From contig JBGQEL010000096.1 of NCBI GenBank assembly GCA_041496385.1, forward strand, positions 1-15,503: a stretch of DNA of 15,503 nucleotides, given 5' to 3'. Of the stretch, positions 8,660 to 15,503 are shown piece by piece. Both the position numbers and the translations under genes were made by a program. Under the pieces are notes generated by a model. That model was not told where the DNA came from and did not search any database. It worked only from the letters and a program-made list of their open reading frames with translations. The stretch comes from Candidatus Methylomirabilia bacterium (lineage in GTDB: Bacteria > Methylomirabilota > Methylomirabilia > Rokubacteriales > CSP1-6). Within the stretch, counting starts at the first letter, position 1, and each line of letters starts with the position of its first letter.

Positions 8660-8768
8660 GGCATACGACGTTACGTCCGTCCGCGGGCTAGGGCAAGCCC
8701 ACCAGGCGGATCCGCGTTCGCGAGATCCTCCCACCAGTCGTCCATGACGCACCCCCGCGAAGCCGATC

Positions 8769-8783
8769 CCAACAACCATGCCA
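8769..8783 (-). promoter_or_regulatory. Possible variant sigma54 promoter upstream of the FabH-like gene
   Basis: TGGCATGGTTGTTGG: good -24 element, but -12 reads TTGG instead of TTGC. Confidence 0.35.
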
Positions 8784-8888
8784 AGCGCACGGTCTCGAGA
8801 TTTCGCCCACATGCGCGGCCGTCGTGGCCGGCCGTGCCTCCTCTCGCGGCATCGGCCGGGGCCGGCGCCCACGGTTTCGGCACGCGCG

Positions 8889-8894
8889 TATAAT
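8889..8894 (+). promoter_or_regulatory. -10 element of a probable leaderless transcript
   Basis: TATAAT lies 6 nt before the ATG at 8901, with no Shine-Dalgarno. Confidence 0.7.
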
Positions 8895-8900
8895 GGCCGC

Positions 8901-9569
8901 ATGTCGATCCTGACCGAACCCGACCGCGCCGCCGTCCGCAAGGAGTTCGAAAAGCTCGTCGGCCCCGTGAAGCTCGTGGTCTTCTCCCAGGAGCTGGCGG
9001 CGGCCGACCTCTGTCGCCAGAACGAGCAGCTCGTCCGCGAGGTGGCCGAGCTCAGCGATACCATCAGCGTCGAGGTGCTGAACCTCGCGATCGAGCGGGA
9101 GCGCGCCGAGCAGTACCGCGTGGATCAGGTGCCCGCCATCGTCGTCGAGGGCGCGCGCGACTACGGCATCCGCTTCTACGGGATCCCCGCGGGCTACGAG
9201 TTCAGCAACTTGATCGACTCGATCATCGTGGCGTCCACGGGCGAGCCGGCGCTCAGCGAGGAGACGAAGGCCTCCCTCCAGGCGCTGACCGAGGACGTGG
9301 ACATCAAGGTTTTCTCGACGCCGACCTGACCCTACTGTCCCCGGGCCGTGCGCCTGGCGCAGCACATGTCGGTCGCCTCCGACCGCGTCCGCTCGATCGC
9401 GATTGAGGCCACCGAGTTCCCGGAGCTCGCCCGCGCCTACCAGGTCATGGGCGTGCCCAAGATCGTGATCAACGACCGCGTGCAGTTCGAGGGCGCCGTG
9501 CCCGAGCGCGACTTCCTCGGCGCGGTCCTCGAGGCGGTCAGCAGCGGTGCGACTGGCAGTGCGAGCTGA
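8901..9569 (+). CDS. Selenocysteine-containing protein disulfide oxidoreductase (PDO/AhpF-NTD-like, two thioredoxin folds, 222 aa, Sec143)
   Basis: ORFs 8778-9329 and 9348-9569 are in the same frame. Readthrough gives FSTPT-U-PYCPRAV, the CPYC site of PDO. Other PDO motifs: DQVPA, IRFYGIPAGYEF, VMGVPKIVIN, FEGAVPE. Confidence 0.93.
9341..9357 (+). promoter_or_regulatory. Putative bacterial SECIS hairpin
   Basis: CCGGGC-CGTGC-GCCTGG: 6-bp stem (one G-U pair) starting after an 11-nt spacer from TGA 9327-9329, with GU in the loop. Confidence 0.7.
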
Positions 9570-9705
9570 GCCGCGCCTCGCGGCGAGGCGAGCGGTGAGA
9601 AATGCTCGAAAATCCAGTCGACCTGGAGGCGAGCGTGGCAGTGCGACTGGCAGTGCGAGCTGAGCCGCGCCTCGCGGCGAGGCGAGCGGTGAAAATGCTC
9701 GAAAA
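9547..9705. repeat. Two ~65-bp direct repeats with internal palindromes (REP-like)
   Basis: 9547-9612 and 9641-9705 are identical except for a 1-nt indel. Each contains CGCCTCG-CGG-CGAGGCG. The spacer holds TCCAG-TCGAC-CTGGA. Confidence 0.9.
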
Positions 9706-10240
9706 GTGGCCGAGGGCCCTCGCGCTCGCACTCGTCCTGCTGGCCGCCGTGGCGGGGGCCGCCGACGAGCCGGGCCCGCCGGCGATCAACGCGCGCGCGC
9801 CCGAGATCGCGCTCGGCGACCAGCACGGCCGGCCATTCAAGCTCGCCGACGCGCTCGCGCAGCGCGACTTCCTCGTCGTCGCGTTCTACGTCAAGGCCTT
9901 CACCGGCGGCTGAGACCTCGAATTCTCCCGGTTCCGGGACGACCAAGCGAAGTTCGCGGCCCTCAACGCCGAGATCGTGGGCATCTCCGCGGACCAGCCC
10001 GAGCGCAATCTCGCGTGGACGAAGCGGCTCAACCTGCCCTTCCGCCTCCTGAGCGACGTGGGCCCGCCCGGACGGGTGAGCCGGTTCTACGGCGCGTGGG
10101 ACGATCTCTGGGGCCTGTCCCGGCGCGCCACGTTCATCATCGACCGCCTGGGCCGCGTGCGCTGGGCCGAAGCCGGGCGCTCCGCCATCGACACGGGCCG
10201 GGCGCTCGACGCTCTCCGTGAGCTCGCCGCGACGAAGTAG
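9695..10240 (+). CDS. Selenocysteine peroxiredoxin (AhpC/TSA; BCP/AhpE-like) with signal peptide (181 aa, Sec73)
   Basis: ORFs 9602-9913 and 9977-10240 are in the same frame. Readthrough gives FYVKAFTGG-U-DLEFSRFRD...IVGISAD...FRLLSD...RATFIID. Alternative ATG at 9602. Confidence 0.9.
9926..9939 (+). promoter_or_regulatory. Putative bacterial SECIS hairpin
   Basis: TCCCG-GTTC-CGGGA: 5-bp stem after a 12-nt spacer from TGA 9911-9913, with a loop starting GU. Confidence 0.68.
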
Positions 10241-10622
10241 CCCGCGAGCCGCGCCGCTGCTCTTCGCGTACGGGACGCTGATGCGGGGTTACGGGTTGCA
10301 CGCCGTGCTCGCGCGTGGCGCGACGTACCTGGGCGAGGGACGGATCCGGGGACGTCTCCTGCAACTCGGACGCTATCCGGGTCTCGTCGCCGGGGCGGGC
10401 ACGGTCCGCGGCGAGGTCTATCGCATGGACGATCCCGAACTTCTCCCGGTGCTCGACCGGCAGGAGGGGTACAATTTCGAGCGCCGCCGGTCGATGGTCA
10501 CGCTCGCCGAGGATCGCCGCGCGCGGGCGTGGGTCTACTGGTACCGCGGGCCGCGGCAGCGCGCCGTCCCGATCCCGGACGGCGATTTCCGCCGGGCGCA
10601 GTCGCCCGGCCACCGACCGTGA
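10218..10622 (+). CDS. Gamma-glutamylcyclotransferase (GGCT/AIG2-like) family protein
   Basis: Motifs LFAYGTLMRG, YPGLV, VRGEVY, LDRQEG and AWVYWY. The GTG start overlaps the upstream gene by 23 nt. Confidence 0.9.
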   Translation: MSSPRRSSPRAAPLLFAYGTLMRGYGLHAVLARGATYLGEGRIRGRLLQLGRYPGLVAGAGTVRGEVYRMDDPELLPVLDRQEGYNFERRRSMVTLAEDRRARAWVYWYRGPRQRAVPIPDGDFRRAQSPGHRP

Positions 10623-10638
10623 TCGCGAGGAGGAAGCG

Positions 10639-12021
10639 ATGGCTCTGAACGCCGAGGAGCTCGTCAAGGCCGACCAGGACCACCTGATCCACCCGCTGCA
10701 CCACCCCGTGGACGCCAAGGAGCCGATCATCTACGTCCGCGGGCGGGGCGCGACGGTCTACGACATCGGCGGCCACGAGTACATTGACGGGCTCGCCGGC
10801 CTCTGGAACGTCAACGTCGGCCACGGACGCGTAGAGCTGGCCGACGCGGCCGCCGCGCAGATGAAGGAGCTCGCCTACTTCACAGGCTACGTGGGCTCGT
10901 CGAACATCCCGGCGATCACCCTCGCCAACCGCCTAATGGAGATCACCTACGACAACATGCAGGCGGTCTTCTTCACGTCGGGCGGCGCCGAGTCCAACGA
11001 GTCGGCGTTCAAGACGGCGCGCTTTTACTGGAAGGCGCAGGGCAAGCCCGACAAGGTCAAGGTCATCGCGCGCCAGAACGGCTACCACGGCGTCACGCTC
11101 CAGGCGATGTCCGCCACGGGGATGCCCGCCTACTGGAAGATGTTCGAGCCGCGGGTGCCGGGCTTCATCCACATCCAGACCTGCTACCCGTACCGTTTCC
11201 AGGGGGCGAAGCCCGGGGAGTCGATCGGGCAGGCGGCGGCGCGGGAGCTCGAGGAAGCGATCCTCCGCGAGGGGCCGGACACGGTCGCGGCGTTCATCGG
11301 CGAGCCGATCCACGGCGGTGGCGGCGTGCTCTACCCGACCGACGACTACTGGCCGCGCGTGCGCGAGGTCTGCACGAAGCACAGCGTCCTCCTCATCGGC
11401 GACGAGGTCATCACCGGCTTCTGCCGCACGGGGCGCTGGTTCGCGCTCTCCCACTGGAACGTGAAGCCCGACATCCTCTCGTTCGCCAAGGGCGTGACCT
11501 CGGGCTATCTGCCGCTCGGCGGCATCATGGTGACGAAGGCGATCAAGGACACGATGGACTCGGTGAAGCCCGAGGACCGCTGGATGCACGCCTACACCTA
11601 CTCGGCGCACCCGACGTGCTGCGCGGTCGCCGTGAAGAACCTCGAGATCATGACGCGCGAGCGCCTCTGGGAGAACGCGGCGAAGATGGGCGACCGCCTC
11701 CACGCCGGGCTCAAGCAGGCGTTCGGCGATCATCCGAACGCGGGCGACATCCGGGGCGGCAAGGGGTTGCTCGCCGCGGTGGAGCTGGTCGAGGATCGCG
11801 CGACCAAGAAGAACTTCGCCGGCGACCGCAAGCTCGCCGCCCGGATCCAGGCCGAGATGATGAAGCGCGGCGTCGTCACACGGACGCGCCCGTCGGGGGG
11901 ACCGCACCCGGCGAACGGCGACCAGATCTTCTTCGCGCCGCCGCTCGTCGTCACCGAGGCGGAGATCGACCGGCTCGTCGGGGTTGCGCGCGACGCGGTG
12001 AAGGTCGTCCTGGGCGCCTGA
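10639..12021 (+). CDS. Class III PLP aminotransferase (omega-amine/putrescine:pyruvate type, 460 aa)
   Basis: Motifs IDGLAGLWNVNVGHG, SGGAES, YHGVT, EPIHG, DEVITGFCRTG and AKGVTSGYLP. GAGGAGG RBS. Confidence 0.95.
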   Translation: MALNAEELVKADQDHLIHPLHHPVDAKEPIIYVRGRGATVYDIGGHEYIDGLAGLWNVNVGHGRVELADAAAAQMKELAYFTGYVGSSNIPAITLANRLMEITYDNMQAVFFTSGGAESNESAFKTARFYWKAQGKPDKVKVIARQNGYHGVTLQAMSATGMPAYWKMFEPRVPGFIHIQTCYPYRFQGAKPGESIGQAAARELEEAILREGPDTVAAFIGEPIHGGGGVLYPTDDYWPRVREVCTKHSVLLIGDEVITGFCRTGRWFALSHWNVKPDILSFAKGVTSGYLPLGGIMVTKAIKDTMDSVKPEDRWMHAYTYSAHPTCCAVAVKNLEIMTRERLWENAAKMGDRLHAGLKQAFGDHPNAGDIRGGKGLLAAVELVEDRATKKNFAGDRKLAARIQAEMMKRGVVTRTRPSGGPHPANGDQIFFAPPLVVTEAEIDRLVGVARDAVKVVLGA

Positions 12022-12035
12022 CGCGGGGGGCTCGC

Positions 12036-12233
12036 GTGCAGCTCATCACGGCCCACCGCATCCTCATCGCGGCGGGCATCGCGTTCTTCCTGTTCTACGC
12101 GGTCGTCCAGCTGCGCCTGTGGGGCCGCGCGGGCGGCGCCGACGCGCTGGTCCAGGCGATCGTGTCGGTCGTGGTCGCCGTCGGGCTCGTCGTCTACTAC
12201 CGGACGCTGCGGACGTGGGGACGGCGCGAGTAG
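12036..12233 (+). CDS. Small two-TM membrane protein (65 aa)
   Basis: GTG start after GGGGGG. Two hydrophobic stretches and a basic C-terminus. Fits between co-oriented genes. Confidence 0.75.
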   Translation: MQLITAHRILIAAGIAFFLFYAVVQLRLWGRAGGADALVQAIVSVVVAVGLVVYYRTLRTWGRRE

Positions 12234-12250
12234 CGGGGGCCGGCCCGGCG

Positions 12251-12619
12251 ATGCCGCCGGCGGTCCTGATCTACGACGGCGAGTGCGCGATGTGCCGCGC
12301 GAGCGCGCTCTGGCTCATGCGCTTAGCACTCTCCGGGGGCGCCCTCGAGATCCTCCCGTGCCGCTCCGCGCCGCGCCGCGCGCGATTCCCCCAGGTCGCC
12401 GACGAGGCCTGCATGACCGCGATGCAGCTCGTCCTGCCCGACGGCCGCGTGCTCGCTGGCGCCGACGCCGTGCCCGAGCTGCTGCGCCGCATCCGCGGCC
12501 TCGGCTGGCTCGCGGCGTTCTTCGCGCTGCCGGGGGTGCGGCCGATCGCGCGGCGGTTCTACGCGTGGGTCGCGCGCAACCGCATGCGGCTCTCCTGCCG
12601 GCTCGACCGCTCGGCGTAG
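12251..12619 (+). CDS. DCC1/DUF393-like thiol-disulfide oxidoreductase (122 aa)
   Basis: N-terminal LIYDGECAMC (DxxCxxC), GADA, and YAWVARNR. Confidence 0.9.
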   Translation: MPPAVLIYDGECAMCRASALWLMRLALSGGALEILPCRSAPRRARFPQVADEACMTAMQLVLPDGRVLAGADAVPELLRRIRGLGWLAAFFALPGVRPIARRFYAWVARNRMRLSCRLDRSA

Positions 12620-12765
12620 CGCGTCCGGCGCCCGTTCCGCGGGCAGCGAAATGGCGCCTGCCCGGGAAGACGGCAGGCACGGCGCGCGCCGTTCCCCACC
12701 CCCGCGGGCCCTAACCCGCCATCGCATCGGCACATTCGATCCCTCGCCCGCCACGGGCCCTCGTC

Positions 12766-12781
12766 TGGCACGGACGCTGCT
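12766..12781 (+). promoter_or_regulatory. Sigma54 (-24/-12) promoter of the nrt-type operon
   Basis: TGGCACGGACGCTGCT shows exact GG-N10-GC spacing. Confidence 0.8.
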
Positions 12782-12825
12782 TGCTGAGCCCCGGCACGGC
12801 CCGCCGAAGGCGCCGTGTCAAGGCG

Positions 12826-12865
12826 ACGGCGCCGGTGTTCCCACGGGACACGGCGCCGTTTTTTT
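12826..12865 (+). terminator. Intrinsic terminator (attenuator) in the operon leader
   Basis: ACGGCGCC-g-GTGTTCC-cac-GGGACAC-GGCGCCGT with T7 at 12859-12865, located between the promoter and the RBS. Confidence 0.85.
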
Positions 12866-12878
12866 GTCAGGAGGAACG

Positions 12879-14117
12879 ATGGGGCTGAGCCGTCGAGAGT
12901 TCGTCAAGGCCACGGGGGCGGCGGCGCTGCTGGGCGGGCTTCCCGCCGGCTGGGCGGGCGGCGTCTACGCGAACGACGCGCCCGAGACACCGAAGCTCCG
13001 GATCGGCATCATCGCGCTCACCGACTGCTCCTCGATCGTGATGGCGCACGAGCTCGGCCTGTTCAAGAAGCAGGGGATCGAGTCGACGATCTCGAAGGAG
13101 GCGTCGTGGGCGGTGATCCGCGACCGCCTCACGCTCGGCGACAACCAGGCGACGCACATGCTGCTCGGCACGCCGTACGCGGCGACGATGGGGCTCCAGG
13201 GCTCGCCCGTGAAGCCCATGGTCATTCCGTGCTACCTGAACCGGAACGGGCAGGCGATCACGCTCACGAAGACGCTCCTCGACCGGGGCGCCAGGACGCC
13301 CCAGCAGATCAGGCCGCTGGCCCTCGAGGCGAAGGCGAAGGGCTCGCCCATGACCTTCGCGATGACCTACCCGCCCGGCACGCACGCGATGTGGATGCGC
13401 TACTGGCTCGCGACCGGCGGCATCAATCCGGACCGGGACGTCTCGCTCATCACGATCCCGCCGCCACAGATGGTCGCGAACATGAAGGTCGGCAAGATGG
13501 ACGGCTTCTGCGTGGGCGAGCCGTGGAACGCGCGCGCGATCGCCGACGGCATCGGCTTCACGGCGATCACGACGCAGCAGATGTGGCGGGACCACCCCGA
13601 AAAGGTCTTCGTCTTCACGGAGGAGTTCGCGGCCCGCAACCCCAGGACCGTCAAGGCCGCCATCCGGGCCATCGTCGAGGCGAGCCAGTGGATCGACAAG
13701 CTCGAGAACCGGCCGCGGATGGCGGAGGTCGTCGCGCAGCCGCAGTACATCAACACGACGAAGGAGGTCATCCTCGGCCGCATGCTGGGCGACTACGACT
13801 ACGGCGACGGGCGCAAGGAGAAGGACAGGTACTACATGACCTTCTACGATCGCTTCACCAACTTCCCGCAAAAGTCGCACGGCGTCTGGTGGCTCAGCCA
13901 GTTCCGCCGCTGGGGGATGGTCAAGGAGCCGCCCGACTACAAGGCGCTGGTGGACCGCGTGCACCGCTCGGACATCTACCGCGAGGTCGCGAAGGAGCTG
14001 GGGCTCGAGACGCCGCGCGAGGACATGAAGAAGGAGACCCTCTTCGACGGCGTCACCTTCGACCCGGCGGAGCCCGAGAAGTACGCGAAGGGCTTCGCCG
14101 TCCACTCGATGGCGTAG
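12879..14117 (+). CDS. nrtA: NrtA/CmpA-family ABC substrate-binding protein, Tat-exported (412 aa)
   Basis: Tat motif SRREFVK. Motifs IALTDC, NGQAIT, GTHAMW, PPPQMVANM, FCVGEPW and DHPEK. The lysine fits nitrate-type NrtA rather than CmpA. AGGAGG RBS. Confidence 0.92.
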   Translation: MGLSRREFVKATGAAALLGGLPAGWAGGVYANDAPETPKLRIGIIALTDCSSIVMAHELGLFKKQGIESTISKEASWAVIRDRLTLGDNQATHMLLGTPYAATMGLQGSPVKPMVIPCYLNRNGQAITLTKTLLDRGARTPQQIRPLALEAKAKGSPMTFAMTYPPGTHAMWMRYWLATGGINPDRDVSLITIPPPQMVANMKVGKMDGFCVGEPWNARAIADGIGFTAITTQQMWRDHPEKVFVFTEEFAARNPRTVKAAIRAIVEASQWIDKLENRPRMAEVVAQPQYINTTKEVILGRMLGDYDYGDGRKEKDRYYMTFYDRFTNFPQKSHGVWWLSQFRRWGMVKEPPDYKALVDRVHRSDIYREVAKELGLETPREDMKKETLFDGVTFDPAEPEKYAKGFAVHSMA

Positions 14118-14129
14118 GCGGGGCGCATC

Positions 14130-14891
14130 ATGACCCTGCGCAAGGTCGCGCTCCCGCTGCTGAGCCTCGCCGGCGTCCTGCTCGTCTGGACCGCGCTGAG
14201 CCAGACGGTCGCGCCCGACCTGCCGTCACCGCTCCGGACCTGGCAGGAGTCGCGTCGCTATGTCCTCGAGCCGTTCTTCAAGGACGGCGAGATGAACCAG
14301 GGCATCCTGCGCCTGGCCTTCTACTCGCTCGTCCGGGTGGGGAAGGGCTACCTGCTGGCGCTCGCGATCGGCACGCCGCTCGGCTTCCTCCTGGGCCTCT
14401 CGCGCGCCTTCCACGAGTCGTTCGACCCGATCGTCCAGTTCCTTCGGCCGATCTCGCCGCTCGCCTGGCTCCCGCTCGGGCTCGTGATCTTCCAGAAGTC
14501 GGAGCCCGCGGCGATCTTCACGATCGCGCTGTGCGCGATGTGGCCGACGGTCATCAACACCGCGGTCGGGGTGCGCTCGATCAGCCAGGACTATCTGAAC
14601 GTCGGCCGGGTGCTCCGGCTCTCGCGGATCAAGATGCTCTCCAAGATCATCGTCCCGGCGTCGTTGCCCTACGTCTTCACGGGCTACCGCCTCTCGCTCG
14701 GTCTCGCGTGGCTCGTCATCGTCGCGTCCGAGATGCTCACGGGCACGCCGGGCGTGGGCGGCTTTCTCTGGCAGGAGTACAACAGCCTCGTCTACTCGCA
14801 CATCATCCTGAGCGTCATCACGATCGGCGCCGTCGGCCTGGCGCTCGACCGGCTCATGGGGCTCGTCGAGGCGCGCTTCAAGGCGGGCTGA
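14130..14891 (+). CDS. nrtB: Nitrate-type ABC permease
   Basis: Motifs LRPISPLAWLP, WPTVINTAVGV and LAWLVIVASEML. Confidence 0.93.
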   Translation: MTLRKVALPLLSLAGVLLVWTALSQTVAPDLPSPLRTWQESRRYVLEPFFKDGEMNQGILRLAFYSLVRVGKGYLLALAIGTPLGFLLGLSRAFHESFDPIVQFLRPISPLAWLPLGLVIFQKSEPAAIFTIALCAMWPTVINTAVGVRSISQDYLNVGRVLRLSRIKMLSKIIVPASLPYVFTGYRLSLGLAWLVIVASEMLTGTPGVGGFLWQEYNSLVYSHIILSVITIGAVGLALDRLMGLVEARFKAG

Positions 14892-15328
14892 TGGCCTATC
14901 TCGAGGTCCAGGGCCTCGCGAAATCCTACGTCACGCCGCGCGCCACCACGCACGTCCTGGGCGGCGTGGACCTGTCGCTCGAGGAGCGGGAGTTCGTCGC
15001 CGTCGTCGGCTACTCGGGCTCGGGCAAGACCACGCTCGTCTCGCTCCTGGCCGGCCTCATCCTCCCCGACGCGGGCGCGATCGTCCTCGACGGCGCGCCG
15101 GTGCGGGGGCCCGGGCCCGACCGGGGCATCGTCTTCCAGCAGTACTCGCTCCTGCCCTGGATGACCGTGCACGAGAACGTCGCGCTCGCCGTGGACGCCG
15201 TGAACCCCGGGCTCCGCGCGGGGCAGCGCCGGCGCCTCACCGAGGAGCTCCTCGCCCTCGTCAACCTGGCGCCCGCCGCGTGGAAGCGGGGGATGTCCCG
15301 GCCCCTGTTGAACTTGAGAACTGAGTAG
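14891..15328 (+). pseudogene. NrtC/D-type ABC ATPase truncated at ~15289
   Basis: Walker A GYSGSGKT and Q-loop VFQQYSLLPW are present. Homology stops at AAWKR, just before the expected LSGGM signature, followed by an unrelated 12-aa tail. Confidence 0.88.
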
Positions 15329-15503
15329 CGACGGCTCCCTGGTCGGCGTGAGAATCGCGTCGACCAAGACAAACGGTCCCAACAACCGGGACCAAGGAGC
15401 CGCCAATGACAAAGAGAACAGCGGAAGCGCAGCGAACGCAAGCGGAGAATGGCACGAGCCCGACGGTGACGCACTTGGTGGAGCCGATGCTCGCCGGGAT
15501 GAC
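15290..15503 (+). mobile_element. Left end of a probable insertion sequence (IS256-like, tentative)
   Basis: Abrupt gene interruption and GC drop. Begins GGGATGTCC, followed by a leader hairpin (GGTCCC-N7-GGGACC, 15375-15393) and a new RBS and ORF. Confidence 0.65.
15406..15503 (+). CDS. Partial ORF, putative transposase N-terminus
   Basis: AAGGAG RBS, then MTKRTAEAQRTQAENGTSPTVTHLVEPMLAGM..., running off the window end. Confidence 0.55.
   Translation, partial: MTKRTAEAQRTQAENGTSPTVTHLVEPMLAGM

Noticed and set aside
6920..8893. 657-aa + strand ORF
   Set aside because: Antisense shadow of the FabH-like gene.
9547..9705. CRISPR array
   Set aside because: Only two 65-bp units, they overlap coding ends, and no cas genes are present.
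8901..10240. Four short ORFs or two nonsense pseudogenes
   Set aside because: Both stops are TGA, both lie exactly at catalytic Cys positions with downstream hairpins, and there are no other lesions. Sec recoding is more parsimonious.
12815..14890. N-terminal ~690 aa of the 837-aa ORF
   Set aside because: Off-frame overlap of nrtA and nrtB. Only the part from ATG 14891 is a real ATPase.
3521..14891. Sec readthrough at other TGA stops (3523, 4491, 5958, 6793, 10622, 12021, 14891)
   Set aside because: These fall at apparently natural C-termini with the next gene immediately adjacent, and none is in a redox motif.

Overview
High-GC bacterial window (style suggests Ca. Rokubacteria/Methylomirabilota; inference only), apparently bounded by insertion sequences. 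An IS5/IS1182-like right end (1-139) is followed by a 3' gene remnant, and a probable IS256-like element truncates a nitrate-type ABC ATPase at ~15290. Between them lie an internally duplicated membrane protein, an FGE/SUMF1-domain protein, a class I aminotransferase/double-hotdog dehydratase/degenerate ThDP-fold operon, a secreted NDT-like protein, a 619-aa FabH-like protein, a co-oriented redox/amine cluster, and a sigma54- and attenuator-controlled nrtABC-type operon. The main hidden signal is two adjacent selenoprotein genes that the ORF track splits at in-frame TGA codons: a protein disulfide oxidoreductase (UPYC, 8901-9569) and a signal-peptide-bearing, Cys-free peroxiredoxin (FTGGU, 9695-10240). 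Each has a SECIS-like hairpin 11-12 nt after the UGA.
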